A stretch of 64,000 nt of DNA from Thermoplasmata archaeon (GTDB lineage Archaea > Thermoplasmatota > Thermoplasmata > Lutacidiplasmatales > UBA184). Below, one piece after another: positions 55,846-64,000 of the stretch. The DNA is taken from the NCBI GenBank assembly GCA_021817605.1, contig JAKAUN010000002.1, positions 3,676 to 67,675 of the forward strand, read 5' to 3'. Below the pieces are notes generated by a model. It was not told the origin of the DNA. It saw only the letters and a list, made by a program, of their open reading frames with translations, and did not search any database. Numbering within the stretch: the first letter of the stretch is position 1; each line of letters opens with the position of its first letter. Position numbers and translations under genes: made by a program.

Positions 55846-57977
55846 GGGCCTCCGAGGGGAAGGTGGCGGACGACGAGCCGGGCGACCGTGGCGAACGCGG
55901 GCTCGCGGACGAGCCAGGCGAGGAAGTGGTAGCAGAGCCAGATCCCCACGAACGCGCTCACGAGGCCTCCCAGGCCGTAGCTCACCAGGTTGCGCCGCAA
56001 CAGGTCGATCGCGCTCCGAGGCCGGAACGGCACGCCGGCGAGCGCGAGGGGGATGAGCAGGGGGATGATGAGCGCGTTGAAGACGAGGGCCGCGAGCACC
56101 GCGAGGTACGGGTTGGAGAAGCCGAGCAGGTTGAGCAGCGCGATCCCCGGTAGCGCGACGGCCCCTCCGCCCAGGAAGATCGCCGGGATGATGGCGAAGT
56201 ACTTCGCCACGTCGTTCGTGATCGAGAACGTGGTCAGCGCCCCGCGCGTGATGAGCAGCTGCTTGCCGATCGAGACGACCTCGATGATCTTGGTGGGGTC
56301 GTTGTCGAGGTCGACCATGTTGCCGGCCTCCTTCGCCGCGCTGGTCCCCGAGTTCATGCACAGGCCCACGTCCGCCCGTGCGAGCGCGGGGGCGTCGTTG
56401 GTCCCGTCGCCGGTCATCGCCACGAGCCTCCCGGCGCTCTTCTCCCGCTGGATGAGCTCGAGCTTGCTCTCGGGCTTCGCCTCGGCGACGAACTCGTCGA
56501 CGCCGCTCTCCTCGGCGATCGCCGCCGCGGTGAGACGGTTGTCGCCGGTGCACATGATCGTCCGGATCCCCATCGTGCTGAGCTCGTGGATCCGGTCGCG
56601 GATGCCCGGCTTCACCACGTCCTTGAGGATGACGAGGCCGACCACGCGCTTGTTGACGGCGATCGCCAGAGGGGTCATCCCCTTGCGCGCGGCCTCCGCG
56701 GCGGCAGAACGGGTCGGGGCCGGGAGAGGCGCCCCGTAGGCCTCGATCGAGCTGAGCGCCCCCTTGAAGACCTCCGTGCCGTCGGCGAGCGTGAGCCCGC
56801 TCATGCGCCGCTCGGCGGTGAACGGCATCACCTTGTAGGAGCCCGGCTCCAGGCGACGCGAAGGAGCGCTGCGCCGGGCCGCGAGGCGCACGATCGAGCG
56901 GCCCTCGGGGGTCTCGTCCAGGGTCGAGGAGAGCAGCGCGGCCTCGAGCAGCTCGGACGCCGGCACGTCGGGGGCCTGCACGAACTGCACGGCGAGACGG
57001 CTCCCCACCGTGATCGTCCCGGTCTTGTCGAGGATGAGCACGTCCAGATCGCCGGAGGCCTCAACCGCCTTACCGGATTTGGCGATGACGTTCGCCCGCG
57101 CCACACGGTTGACCCCCGAGATGCCGATCGCCGGGAGGAGCGCTCCGATGGTCGTCGGCATGAGGCAGACGAACAGGGCGATGATCGTCGCGAGGTCGAC
57201 CGTGACCTCGCCGGAGAAGTTGGCGAGGTAGACGAAGCTCAGGACGACCACGAAGAGCGTGACCGTGAACGCCGCGAGGAGGACCGAGAGCGCGATCTCG
57301 CTGGGCGTCGGCTCGCGTCCGAGCCCTTCGACCAGGCGGATGAGCCTATCGAGGAACGATTCGCCGCGCGCGGCGCTCACCCGCACGCGGACGGTCCCCT
57401 GCAACACCCGGGTCCCGCCGAGGACGCTCGTCTTGTCGCCTCCGCTCTCGCGGGTGACCGCCTCGGACTCGCCGGTCATCATCGACTCGTCGATGAGCGC
57501 CACGCCCTCGATGACGTCACCGTCCATCGGGATCGGTTCGCCGGGGGCGACCTCGACCGTGTCCCCGACATGCAGCACGTCCGAGGGGACCCAGCGGAGC
57601 GCGCCGTCCGGCAGGACCTGGCGGGCGCGGATCCCGCTGCGGATCGCCCGCAGGCTCTCGGCCTGCGCGCGACCCTGCGCCTCGGCGATCGCTTCGGCGA
57701 GGTTGGCGAACCAGACCGTCAGGAACAGGATGATCGCGACGGCGACGTAGTAGCCGGCCTGGTAGCTTGCCGCGATGTCCGGGAACGCCCGCGGGTAGAG
57801 GGTGACCAGGCTCACGAAGAGGAAGAGGACGAAGACGCAGAACATGAGCGGGTGGCGCATCTGGCGGCGCAGCCCGAAGTGCTTGACCGAGTCGACCAGG
57901 ACCCGACGGACCGAGGTATGCGGCCTACGCCGCACCGAGACGCGGGCGCCGGGTTCGACGGGATCGGGGGCGGCCAC
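55842..57977 (-). CDS. kdpB: Potassium-transporting P-type ATPase subunit B
   Basis: DKTGTIT phosphorylation motif, TGDN, GDGTNDAPAL. Colinear with E. coli KdpB from the N-terminus (...MRHPLMFCVFV...). Confidence 0.92.
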   Translation of the reverse strand: MAAPDPVEPGARVSVRRRPHTSVRRVLVDSVKHFGLRRQMRHPLMFCVFVLFLFVSLVTLYPRAFPDIAASYQAGYYVAVAIILFLTVWFANLAEAIAEAQGRAQAESLRAIRSGIRARQVLPDGALRWVPSDVLHVGDTVEVAPGEPIPMDGDVIEGVALIDESMMTGESEAVTRESGGDKTSVLGGTRVLQGTVRVRVSAARGESFLDRLIRLVEGLGREPTPSEIALSVLLAAFTVTLFVVVLSFVYLANFSGEVTVDLATIIALFVCLMPTTIGALLPAIGISGVNRVARANVIAKSGKAVEASGDLDVLILDKTGTITVGSRLAVQFVQAPDVPASELLEAALLSSTLDETPEGRSIVRLAARRSAPSRRLEPGSYKVMPFTAERRMSGLTLADGTEVFKGALSSIEAYGAPLPAPTRSAAAEAARKGMTPLAIAVNKRVVGLVILKDVVKPGIRDRIHELSTMGIRTIMCTGDNRLTAAAIAEESGVDEFVAEAKPESKLELIQREKSAGRLVAMTGDGTNDAPALARADVGLCMNSGTSAAKEAGNMVDLDNDPTKIIEVVSIGKQLLITRGALTTFSITNDVAKYFAIIPAIFLGGGAVALPGIALLNLLGFSNPYLAVLAALVFNALIIPLLIPLALAGVPFRPRSAIDLLRRNLVSYGLGGLVSAFVGIWLCYHFLAWLVREPAFATVARLVVRHLPLGGP

Positions 57978-57980
57978 GGA

Positions 57981-59693
57981 CTAGCCGACCCCCACGATCT
58001 GGGCGAGAGGCCCCAGCGCCATCACCGGCAGGAATACCAGCGCCGTGACGACCACGACGAAGAGCGCCAGGTAGACCGCGAAGGTGCCCGTGGCGGTGTT
58101 GAGCGTCCCGGGGCCCTGCGGCAGCGTCGCCTCTCCGGCGAAGTAGCCGCCCACGCGAAGCATCACGTAGATCGGGACGAACCGACCGAGGAGCATCACG
58201 AGGCCGCCGACCACGTTGAAGTAGGGGGTCGTGTCGTTGAAGGCGTTGGACGAGAGCGCCGAGCCGTTGTTCGCCGACTCGCTCGCGAACTCGTAGAGGA
58301 CCGAGCTGAAGGTGTGCGCCGTCACTCCTATCGATGCCCCGCCCACGGAGACCCAGCCGCCCACGACGGCGATGGAGAACGGGACCAGGATGAGCGCCGG
58401 GTGCAGGATGAGGGCGAGGGCCGCCCAGCGCACCTGGCTCGTCCCGATCTTCTTGCCCAGGTACTCGGGGGTCCTCCCGACCATGAGGCCGCCGACGTAG
58501 ATCGCCAGCACCGTGAACACGAGCAGCATGGCAAACCCGGTCCCGTCGCCCCCGGGGGTCGCCTGGGTGAACATGCCGAAGAGCAGGACGAGCTGGGCGA
58601 TCGGGGAGATCGCCCCGATCTGCATCGAGTTCGCGCCGACGTTGTTGTAGACGCTCACCACCTGGAAGAACGCCGTCTCCGGAAGGCTCCAGCGTGTCTC
58701 CTGGCCGACCGGATAGCCGTTGGTCGACGGACCGAGGCCGGGGATGCCCCCGAGGAGGGGGTTGGCGGCGGCCTGGTAGGCGACGAAGAGGCCCACCGCG
58801 ATCGCGACGATCAGCACGATGACGGCCACGAAGGGCCACGCTTCGGCGCGTCGGCGCACCATCGTCCCGAAGGCGAACGGCGTGGAGAACGGCACGAGGA
58901 GCATCAGGAACGTCCCGAGCAGCAGGCTCGCCGAGGACGGGTTGGCAAGCGGGCTCGCTGCGTTCGCGGTGTAGTAGCCCCCTCCGTTCGTCCCGAGGAG
59001 GCTGATCGCCTGGAACGAGGCGACCGGGCCGAGGTAGATCGTCTGGGTCCCTCCGGTGAGCGGGTGGGCCCTCACCGCTGCGACAAGCGTCTCGGGCACC
59101 CCAAGAGCGACAAAGACGAGCGCCCCGAGCACCGCGACCGGAAGGAGGATGCGCGTGATCGAGCGGGTGAGGTCGACGTAGAAGTTGCCGAGACGCCCGT
59201 CCTTGCGGACGAAACCCCGGATCATCGCGGCGGCGACGGAGAGGCCGGTCGCCGCCGAGAGGAAGAGCGCGAGCTGCCAGGCGATCATCGCGGAGCCAAG
59301 GCTCAGCTGCGACTCGTTGACGAAGTGGGTGAAGTCGGTGTTGGTCGTGAAGCTCGCCGCGGAGTGGAAGGCGAGGTCCCACGGCATCCCGGGCGCGCCG
59401 GTCGGGTCGAGCGGGAGCGCGTGCTGGAGGAGGAAGAACAGGAAGAGGAAGGCGAACGTCCCCCCGTTGACGAACAGGACGGCGACCATGTACTCGCCGG
59501 CGCGCATCGGCCGACGCGGCGAGGTGCCGAGGAGCCGGTAGACCGCCCGCTCGAGCGGGAGGAGGAGGCTGTCGCCCGCCACGGGCCGCTCGAGGTAGAC
59601 CTTCCCGACGTAGCGGCCGAACCAGGGAGCGACGGCGAGCACGACCCCCAGAAGGACGAGGACGTCCCAGAGCGACTGGAGGGCGAAGGCCAT
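57981..59693 (-). CDS. kdpA: Potassium-transporting ATPase subunit A
   Basis: 570 aa, 10-12 TM. KdpA selectivity-filter-like GTNGGG and NNGS segments. Confidence 0.9.
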   Translation of the reverse strand: MAFALQSLWDVLVLLGVVLAVAPWFGRYVGKVYLERPVAGDSLLLPLERAVYRLLGTSPRRPMRAGEYMVAVLFVNGGTFAFLFLFFLLQHALPLDPTGAPGMPWDLAFHSAASFTTNTDFTHFVNESQLSLGSAMIAWQLALFLSAATGLSVAAAMIRGFVRKDGRLGNFYVDLTRSITRILLPVAVLGALVFVALGVPETLVAAVRAHPLTGGTQTIYLGPVASFQAISLLGTNGGGYYTANAASPLANPSSASLLLGTFLMLLVPFSTPFAFGTMVRRRAEAWPFVAVIVLIVAIAVGLFVAYQAAANPLLGGIPGLGPSTNGYPVGQETRWSLPETAFFQVVSVYNNVGANSMQIGAISPIAQLVLLFGMFTQATPGGDGTGFAMLLVFTVLAIYVGGLMVGRTPEYLGKKIGTSQVRWAALALILHPALILVPFSIAVVGGWVSVGGASIGVTAHTFSSVLYEFASESANNGSALSSNAFNDTTPYFNVVGGLVMLLGRFVPIYVMLRVGGYFAGEATLPQGPGTLNTATGTFAVYLALFVVVVTALVFLPVMALGPLAQIVGVG

Positions 59694-59702
59694 GGGCTCC
59701 GC

Positions 59703-59816
59703 TCAGAACCGCTCGGGGTGGATCATCACTCGGACGAGATAGGTGACCAACCCCGCCGCAAGAACGCTCAGGACCAAGAGTCCAAGGTTCGTCTCTACCC
59801 ACGCCAACGGACCCAT
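59703..59816 (-). CDS. kdpF: Potassium-transporting ATPase subunit F (37 aa, single TM); not in the ORF track
   Basis: Manual translation: MGPLAWVETNLGLLVLSVLAAGLVTYLVRVMIHPERF*. Ends 7 nt upstream of the kdpA ATG. Hydrophobic single-TM micro-protein with a KdpF-like C-terminal ...YLV..M..PE.F. Confidence 0.7.
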   Translation of the reverse strand: MGPLAWVETNLGLLVLSVLAAGLVTYLVRVMIHPERF

Positions 59817-59848
59817 CGCGTGCCCGGGCAGGGTCGAGCCGGCCTTCC

Positions 59849-59856
59849 GTATTTAG
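59849..59856 (-). promoter_or_regulatory. TATA-like box (cTAAATAc on minus strand) upstream of kdpFABC
   Basis: About 33-40 nt upstream of the kdpF ATG, in the 82-nt intergenic region. Confidence 0.3.
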
Positions 59857-59898
59857 CGTGCCGGACCGAAGGGCAACGGCTCCCCCCGGCGGGCCGCC

Positions 59899-61590
59899 CT
59901 ACGCCGCGTCGGGGGACGGGGGATCCTCCCGCCGCTGTCGCGCCTCGGCGGAGAGGCGGCGGACGATCCGTTTCATCGCCTTCTCCCGTCGCGCCTCGGC
60001 GACCTGGTAGGAGACGTCCCGGGTCTCTCGCGTGAGAAGGACCGTCACCTTCCCCTCCGAGCTCCTCCCGGTCCTCCCGCGGCGCTGGATCGCGCGGATC
60101 TCGCTCGGGACCGACTCGAAGAAGACCACGCGGTCGACATCCGGCACGTCCAGTCCCTCCTCCGCCACGCTGCTCGCCACGAGGATGGGGAACGCCCCCT
60201 GGCGGAAGCCGGCCAGCACGCGGCCCTGCTCCTTCTGGTCCATCCCCGGGTCGTCCTGGTCGCGGGTCGACTGGCCGACGAACCGCCCGACCGTCCAGCC
60301 TTCGCCTTCGAGCCTCTGCTGGATCGTGCGGATCGTGTCACGGTACTGCGCGAAGACGAGCAGCCGGCCTCTCCCCTCTCCCGGCGTTCCGAGCGTCTCC
60401 CGGGCCAGCTCGGCGAGGGCGTCGAGCTTCGGATGGGACGGCTCTCGGCCGGAGGAAAGGAACTCCGTGGCGATCCGCTTCGCCTCGAGGACCCCGGGAA
60501 GCTTGAGGAAGGCGAGGTCGCCGCGGCTCGGCTTCTCCTTCGCTCCGACGCGCTTGAGGTACTGCACGAGCGGCTCTATCCCCTGGGTCTCGAGCCGCTC
60601 GAGCGCGTGGTGGAGGTGAAGGAGAACGAGCTGGTGGAACAGGGGGCCGAAGCGCCGCACCATCGGGCCGGGACGGGCGAAGATCTCGGCCCGGAGGGCG
60701 ATGAGGTCCTTCACCGAGATCGAGGCGATCGGCTTCTTGCGCAGATAGCCCATCTTCTGCAGCTTGCGCGCGGTGGCCCCCGCGGCCTCCCTAAGGCCGT
60801 CGCGGATCGCCTCGGCGGTCGGGGAGAGCTCGACCCAGCGGTACTCGACCTCCACCGGCTGGACGTGCTCGCGCACCCCCTCGTCCTCGCGGGCGCGCGC
60901 CTCGATCCGTCGGACGCCGAGCGCGCCGACCACCGCCTCGATCCGCTCGTCCTTTCCCCCGGGCGACGCGGTGAGCCCGAGCACGCGGCCGTCCGCGGGC
61001 CGGTCGGTGAGATACTGCCGCGCGATGGGGACGTAGGCGTACTTCCCCACCGCGTGGTGGGCCTCGTCGAAGACCAGCAGCTCGACCTCCCCGAGCGTGT
61101 AACGTCCCGCGGCCAGGTCGTTCGCCACGATCTCGGGCGTCGCGAAGACGAGGTCGGCCGGCTCCCACGCCCCTTCGCGGATCGGCCGCTTGACCGTCCC
61201 CGTGAAACGGGCCGTGGTGAGAGGCGCGAGCAGGCGGGCGAACGACTCGGCGTGCTGCTGCACCAGCGGGCGCGTCGGCGCGAGGACGAGGACCTTTCCC
61301 GGCGAGCGGCGAAGGACCTCGGCCGCCACGAGCGCGGCGATGACGGTCTTGCCGAGCCCGGTGGGAAGGACGACCAGAAGGTCCTCCGAGAGGCCGACGC
61401 GGGCGAGGTCGAGCTGGAACGGAAGGGCGCGCGCGGCCCCGTCGGCGAGGAGGGGGTGGCGGACGAACCCGTCCTTCACCTCCCAGATCGTGGGAAGCGC
61501 CGGCAGGTCCCGGCGGAGCGTGCGCCGGGCACGTGCGAGGGGCGCCGGGGTTTCGCCCTCGAAGTCGTTGAGGGTACGCTGGAGGCCCAC
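59899..61590 (-). CDS. Hef/FANCM-family DEAH-box helicase (helicase domains only, no nuclease domain)
   Basis: Walker A LPTGLGKT, DEAH in LLVFDEAHHAVG, helicase-C VASSVAEEGLDVPDVDRVVFFESVPSEIRAIQRRGRTGR. 563 aa. Confidence 0.75.
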   Translation of the reverse strand: MGLQRTLNDFEGETPAPLARARRTLRRDLPALPTIWEVKDGFVRHPLLADGAARALPFQLDLARVGLSEDLLVVLPTGLGKTVIAALVAAEVLRRSPGKVLVLAPTRPLVQQHAESFARLLAPLTTARFTGTVKRPIREGAWEPADLVFATPEIVANDLAAGRYTLGEVELLVFDEAHHAVGKYAYVPIARQYLTDRPADGRVLGLTASPGGKDERIEAVVGALGVRRIEARAREDEGVREHVQPVEVEYRWVELSPTAEAIRDGLREAAGATARKLQKMGYLRKKPIASISVKDLIALRAEIFARPGPMVRRFGPLFHQLVLLHLHHALERLETQGIEPLVQYLKRVGAKEKPSRGDLAFLKLPGVLEAKRIATEFLSSGREPSHPKLDALAELARETLGTPGEGRGRLLVFAQYRDTIRTIQQRLEGEGWTVGRFVGQSTRDQDDPGMDQKEQGRVLAGFRQGAFPILVASSVAEEGLDVPDVDRVVFFESVPSEIRAIQRRGRTGRSSEGKVTVLLTRETRDVSYQVAEARREKAMKRIVRRLSAEARQRREDPPSPDAA

Positions 61591-61609
61591 GGCCGCCCCG
61601 GGCTCGGGC

Positions 61610-62944
61610 CTAGCCCGCCCCGCCGGCGGGCGTCACGCCCGGGGCCGGTCGGGAGGCAGGCGTCGCGGCCGTGATCGTGCCGAGGCCTCCGAGGTACGGC
61701 CGCAGCACCTCGGGAACCGTCACCGAGCCGTCGGGCTGCTGGTACTGCTCGAGGAGCACGGCGAGGGCTCTCGAGGTGGCGACGGCCGTCGAGTTGAGCG
61801 TGTGCGGGACGAGCTTACCGGGCTTACCGGCCTTTCCGCAGCGGATCCCCAGCCTCCGGGCCTGGTAATCGGTGCAGTTCGAGCAGCTCACCACCTCCCG
61901 GTAGGCCTGCTGACGGGGGAACCAGGCCTCGATGTCGTACTTCTTCGCGGGGACGCTGCCGAGATCGCCGGTGCAGACGTTGACGACGCGGTAGGGGACC
62001 TTCAGGCGACGGAAGACCTCCTCGGCGTTGGCACGCAGCTCCTCGTGGAGGCGGGGAGAGTCGCCGGGGAGGCAGAAGACGAACTGCTCGACCTTCTCGA
62101 ACTGGTGGACCCGGAAGATCCCCTTCTGGTCGACCCCGTGGCCGCCGATCTCTTTTCGGAAGTTGGTGCTCACCCCCGCGAGGCGGAGGGGGAGCTCGGA
62201 CTCCTCCAGGATCTCGCCCATGTGCAGGGCGGCGAGCGGGTGCTCGCTGGTGGCGATGAGGTAGAGGTCCTCCTGGTCGATCTTGTACATCACGTTCTCG
62301 AAGTCCGCAAGGTCCGTCACGCCCTCGTACGGTTCGCGTCGGAGCATGTAGGGAGGCAGCACCGGCGTGAACCCGCGGTCCGCCAGGAGGTCGAGGGCGA
62401 AGTGCTGGAGCGCGAGGTCGAGCAGCACGATCGGTCCCTTGAGGTAGTAGAACCCTGCGCCGCTCGCGCGGCGGGCGCGCTCGAAGTCAGCGAGGCCGAG
62501 GGTCTCGAGCAGCTCTCCGTGGGCGCGCAGCCCCTCGGCGGCGCGCATCGGCTCGCCCCAGCTCGCGACGACGACGTTCTCCCGGTCGTCGACGCCGTAG
62601 GGGACCGAGTCGTCCAGGAGGTTGGGGACCCGGCGGAGCAGCGTGTCGCGGGTGCGCCGAAGCTCCTCCTCCCCGGTCTCGATCTCCTTGAGACGGGCCG
62701 CGAGCTGCCGGGCCTCCGTCTCGAGCTCGGAGCTCGCCTCCCCCTTCGCCCGCGCCGCGGAGACCTTGCGGCCGAGCTCGTTGCGCTGCTGGCGGACCAT
62801 GTCGGCCTCACGACGGGCCTTGCGCCAGGCCTCGTCGCGCTCGCGGACCGAGGCCAGGAGAGTGAGGAGCTCGGGCCGCCGTCGCCGAGCGAGGTTCGCC
62901 TCGACCTGCTCCGGCCGGTCCCTCAGGAGCTCGATGTCGATCAT
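61610..62944 (-). CDS. serS: Seryl-tRNA synthetase
   Basis: From ATG 62944: MIDIELLRDRPEQVEANLARRR... (N-terminal coiled coil). Class II motifs ...FRKEIGGHGVDQKGIFRVHQFEKVEQF... and GDLGSVPAKKYDIEAWFP. Confidence 0.9.
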   Translation of the reverse strand: MIDIELLRDRPEQVEANLARRRRPELLTLLASVRERDEAWRKARREADMVRQQRNELGRKVSAARAKGEASSELETEARQLAARLKEIETGEEELRRTRDTLLRRVPNLLDDSVPYGVDDRENVVVASWGEPMRAAEGLRAHGELLETLGLADFERARRASGAGFYYLKGPIVLLDLALQHFALDLLADRGFTPVLPPYMLRREPYEGVTDLADFENVMYKIDQEDLYLIATSEHPLAALHMGEILEESELPLRLAGVSTNFRKEIGGHGVDQKGIFRVHQFEKVEQFVFCLPGDSPRLHEELRANAEEVFRRLKVPYRVVNVCTGDLGSVPAKKYDIEAWFPRQQAYREVVSCSNCTDYQARRLGIRCGKAGKPGKLVPHTLNSTAVATSRALAVLLEQYQQPDGSVTVPEVLRPYLGGLGTITAATPASRPAPGVTPAGGAG

Positions 62945-63067
62945 CGTCCCCGGGGAGGAGCCCCCCTCGAAAGTCTTTGTCCCTGCGTCCCGAGGCCGCC
63001 GGGGAGGGCCCGGCAACCCCTATGTAGGTTCGTCGGGGGTCGCCCGACCGGAGCTTCGGAGCGGTCC

Positions 63068-64000
63068 ATGGAGACGGAATACGGCCTGTTTGTAGGCGGC
63101 AAGTGGACCACACCCGCGCATGCGGGTCGGTTCCAGACGACCAACCCGGCGACCCGCGAGACGGTCGCCTCCTTCGTGTCGGCGACGGCCGACGAGGTCG
63201 CGCGCGCTACCTCGGAGGCGGCGAAGGCGTTCTCCGCTTGGCGCGATACCCCGGCCCCGAAACGGGGCGAGATCCTGCTCAACGCTGCGTCGATCATGAA
63301 GCGGCGCAAGGCCGAGCTCGGACGCATCGTCACCCGGGAGATGGGCAAGGTCATCGCCGAGGGTCTCGGGGACGTCCAGGAGTCGATCGACTTCATCGAG
63401 TACATGGCCGGGGAGGGCCGTCGGCTCTTCGGGGAGACCGTACCCTCCGAGCTACGCTCGAAGTTCTGCCTGACCGTACGCCAGCCGAAGGGGGTCGTCG
63501 CGTGCATCACCCCGTGGAACTTCCCGACGGCGATCCCCAACTGGAAGATCGCCGCCGCCCTCATCACGGGCAACACGATCGTCTTCAAGCCGGCGTCCAA
63601 CACGGCGCAGTGCGCCGCCGAGGTCGTCAAGGTCTACGAGGAGGCCGGCGTCCCGCCCGGCGTGCTCAACCTCGTCACCGGCTCGGGCGCGGTCGTCGGG
63701 CACGCCCTGGTGAGCGACCCGAGGGTCCGGACCGTCTCCTTCACCGGCGGGGTGGAGGCGGGACGCGACGTCTACGTCCGCGGGGCCGCGGGGCTCAAGA
63801 TGGTCCATCTCGAGCTCGGAGGGAAGAACCCGGTGATCCTCATGGAGGATGCCGACCTCAAGCTCGCGCTCGACGGGGTCCTCTTCGGGGCGTTCGGCAC
63901 CGCGGGTCAGCGCTGCACGGCGACCAGCCGGCTCATCGTCCACGAGAAGGTCTACGACGCGTTCCTCGGGATGCTCACCGAGCGCCTCGGCTCGTTCACG
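63068..64000 (+). CDS. NAD(P)-dependent aldehyde dehydrogenase, N-terminal 311 aa (continues beyond window end)
   Basis: METEYGLFVGGKWTTPAHAGRF... ITPWNFP, FTGGVEAGR, ELGGKNP, GQRCTA (catalytic Cys) all present in order. Missing from the ORF track because it runs off the edge. Confidence 0.85.
   Translation, partial: METEYGLFVGGKWTTPAHAGRFQTTNPATRETVASFVSATADEVARATSEAAKAFSAWRDTPAPKRGEILLNAASIMKRRKAELGRIVTREMGKVIAEGLGDVQESIDFIEYMAGEGRRLFGETVPSELRSKFCLTVRQPKGVVACITPWNFPTAIPNWKIAAALITGNTIVFKPASNTAQCAAEVVKVYEEAGVPPGVLNLVTGSGAVVGHALVSDPRVRTVSFTGGVEAGRDVYVRGAAGLKMVHLELGGKNPVILMEDADLKLALDGVLFGAFGTAGQRCTATSRLIVHEKVYDAFLGMLTERLGSFT

Noticed and set aside
56586-60035. 1149-aa + strand ORF and 57925..59802 minus-strand ORF
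   Set aside because: Antisense or out-of-frame shadows of kdpB and kdpA. Composition is dominated by R, E, D, G with no TM segments or motifs.
1-64000. CRISPR arrays, transposases, integrases, prophage or toxin-antitoxin pairs
   Set aside because: No direct-repeat/spacer periodicity seen in any intergenic region. No ORF with DDE, tyrosine-recombinase or serine-recombinase motifs. tRNA-Phe has no adjacent integrase. The window looks like stable core chromosome.

Overview
High-GC (~70%) archaeal chromosomal window, densely coding on both strands. The gene set is archaeal: proteasome alpha, aMBF1, Pelota, TrmY, diphthine synthase, EF-1alpha, Rpo3 and membrane LonB. The proteome is not acidic, so the organism is probably not a haloarchaeon.

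Ordinary housekeeping content:
- uvrC-uvrA pair.
- topA.
- tRNA-Phe.
- EF-1alpha-uS10 followed by an archaetidylserine synthase/decarboxylase operon.
- Citrate synthase.
- A uS13-uS4-uS11-Rpo3 ribosomal cluster.
- Orphan dnaJ.
- A complete kdpFABC operon plus a Usp protein; the 37-aa kdpF is missing from the ORF track.
- serS with a Hef-like helicase.

Features that stand out:
- A two-gene cassette: a tandem ribbon-helix-helix regulator with a perfect palindromic operator at its promoter, followed by a divergent FtsZ/tubulin-family GTPase. This resembles TubR/TubZ.
- An isoprenoid-lipid neighbourhood: a Tes-like zinc-ribbon radical-SAM protein, two unknown proteins, a catalytically degenerate HMG-CoA-synthase-like domain fused to DUF35, thiolase and UbiX.
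- A 1297-aa surface protein with an internally duplicated ~440-aa beta-helix module.
- uS13 flanked by lysine/alanine-rich tails and a CAAGG-repeat region.

No transposase, integrase or CRISPR array was seen. Many long ORFs in the track are antisense or out-of-frame shadows of real genes, an artefact of the GC content.
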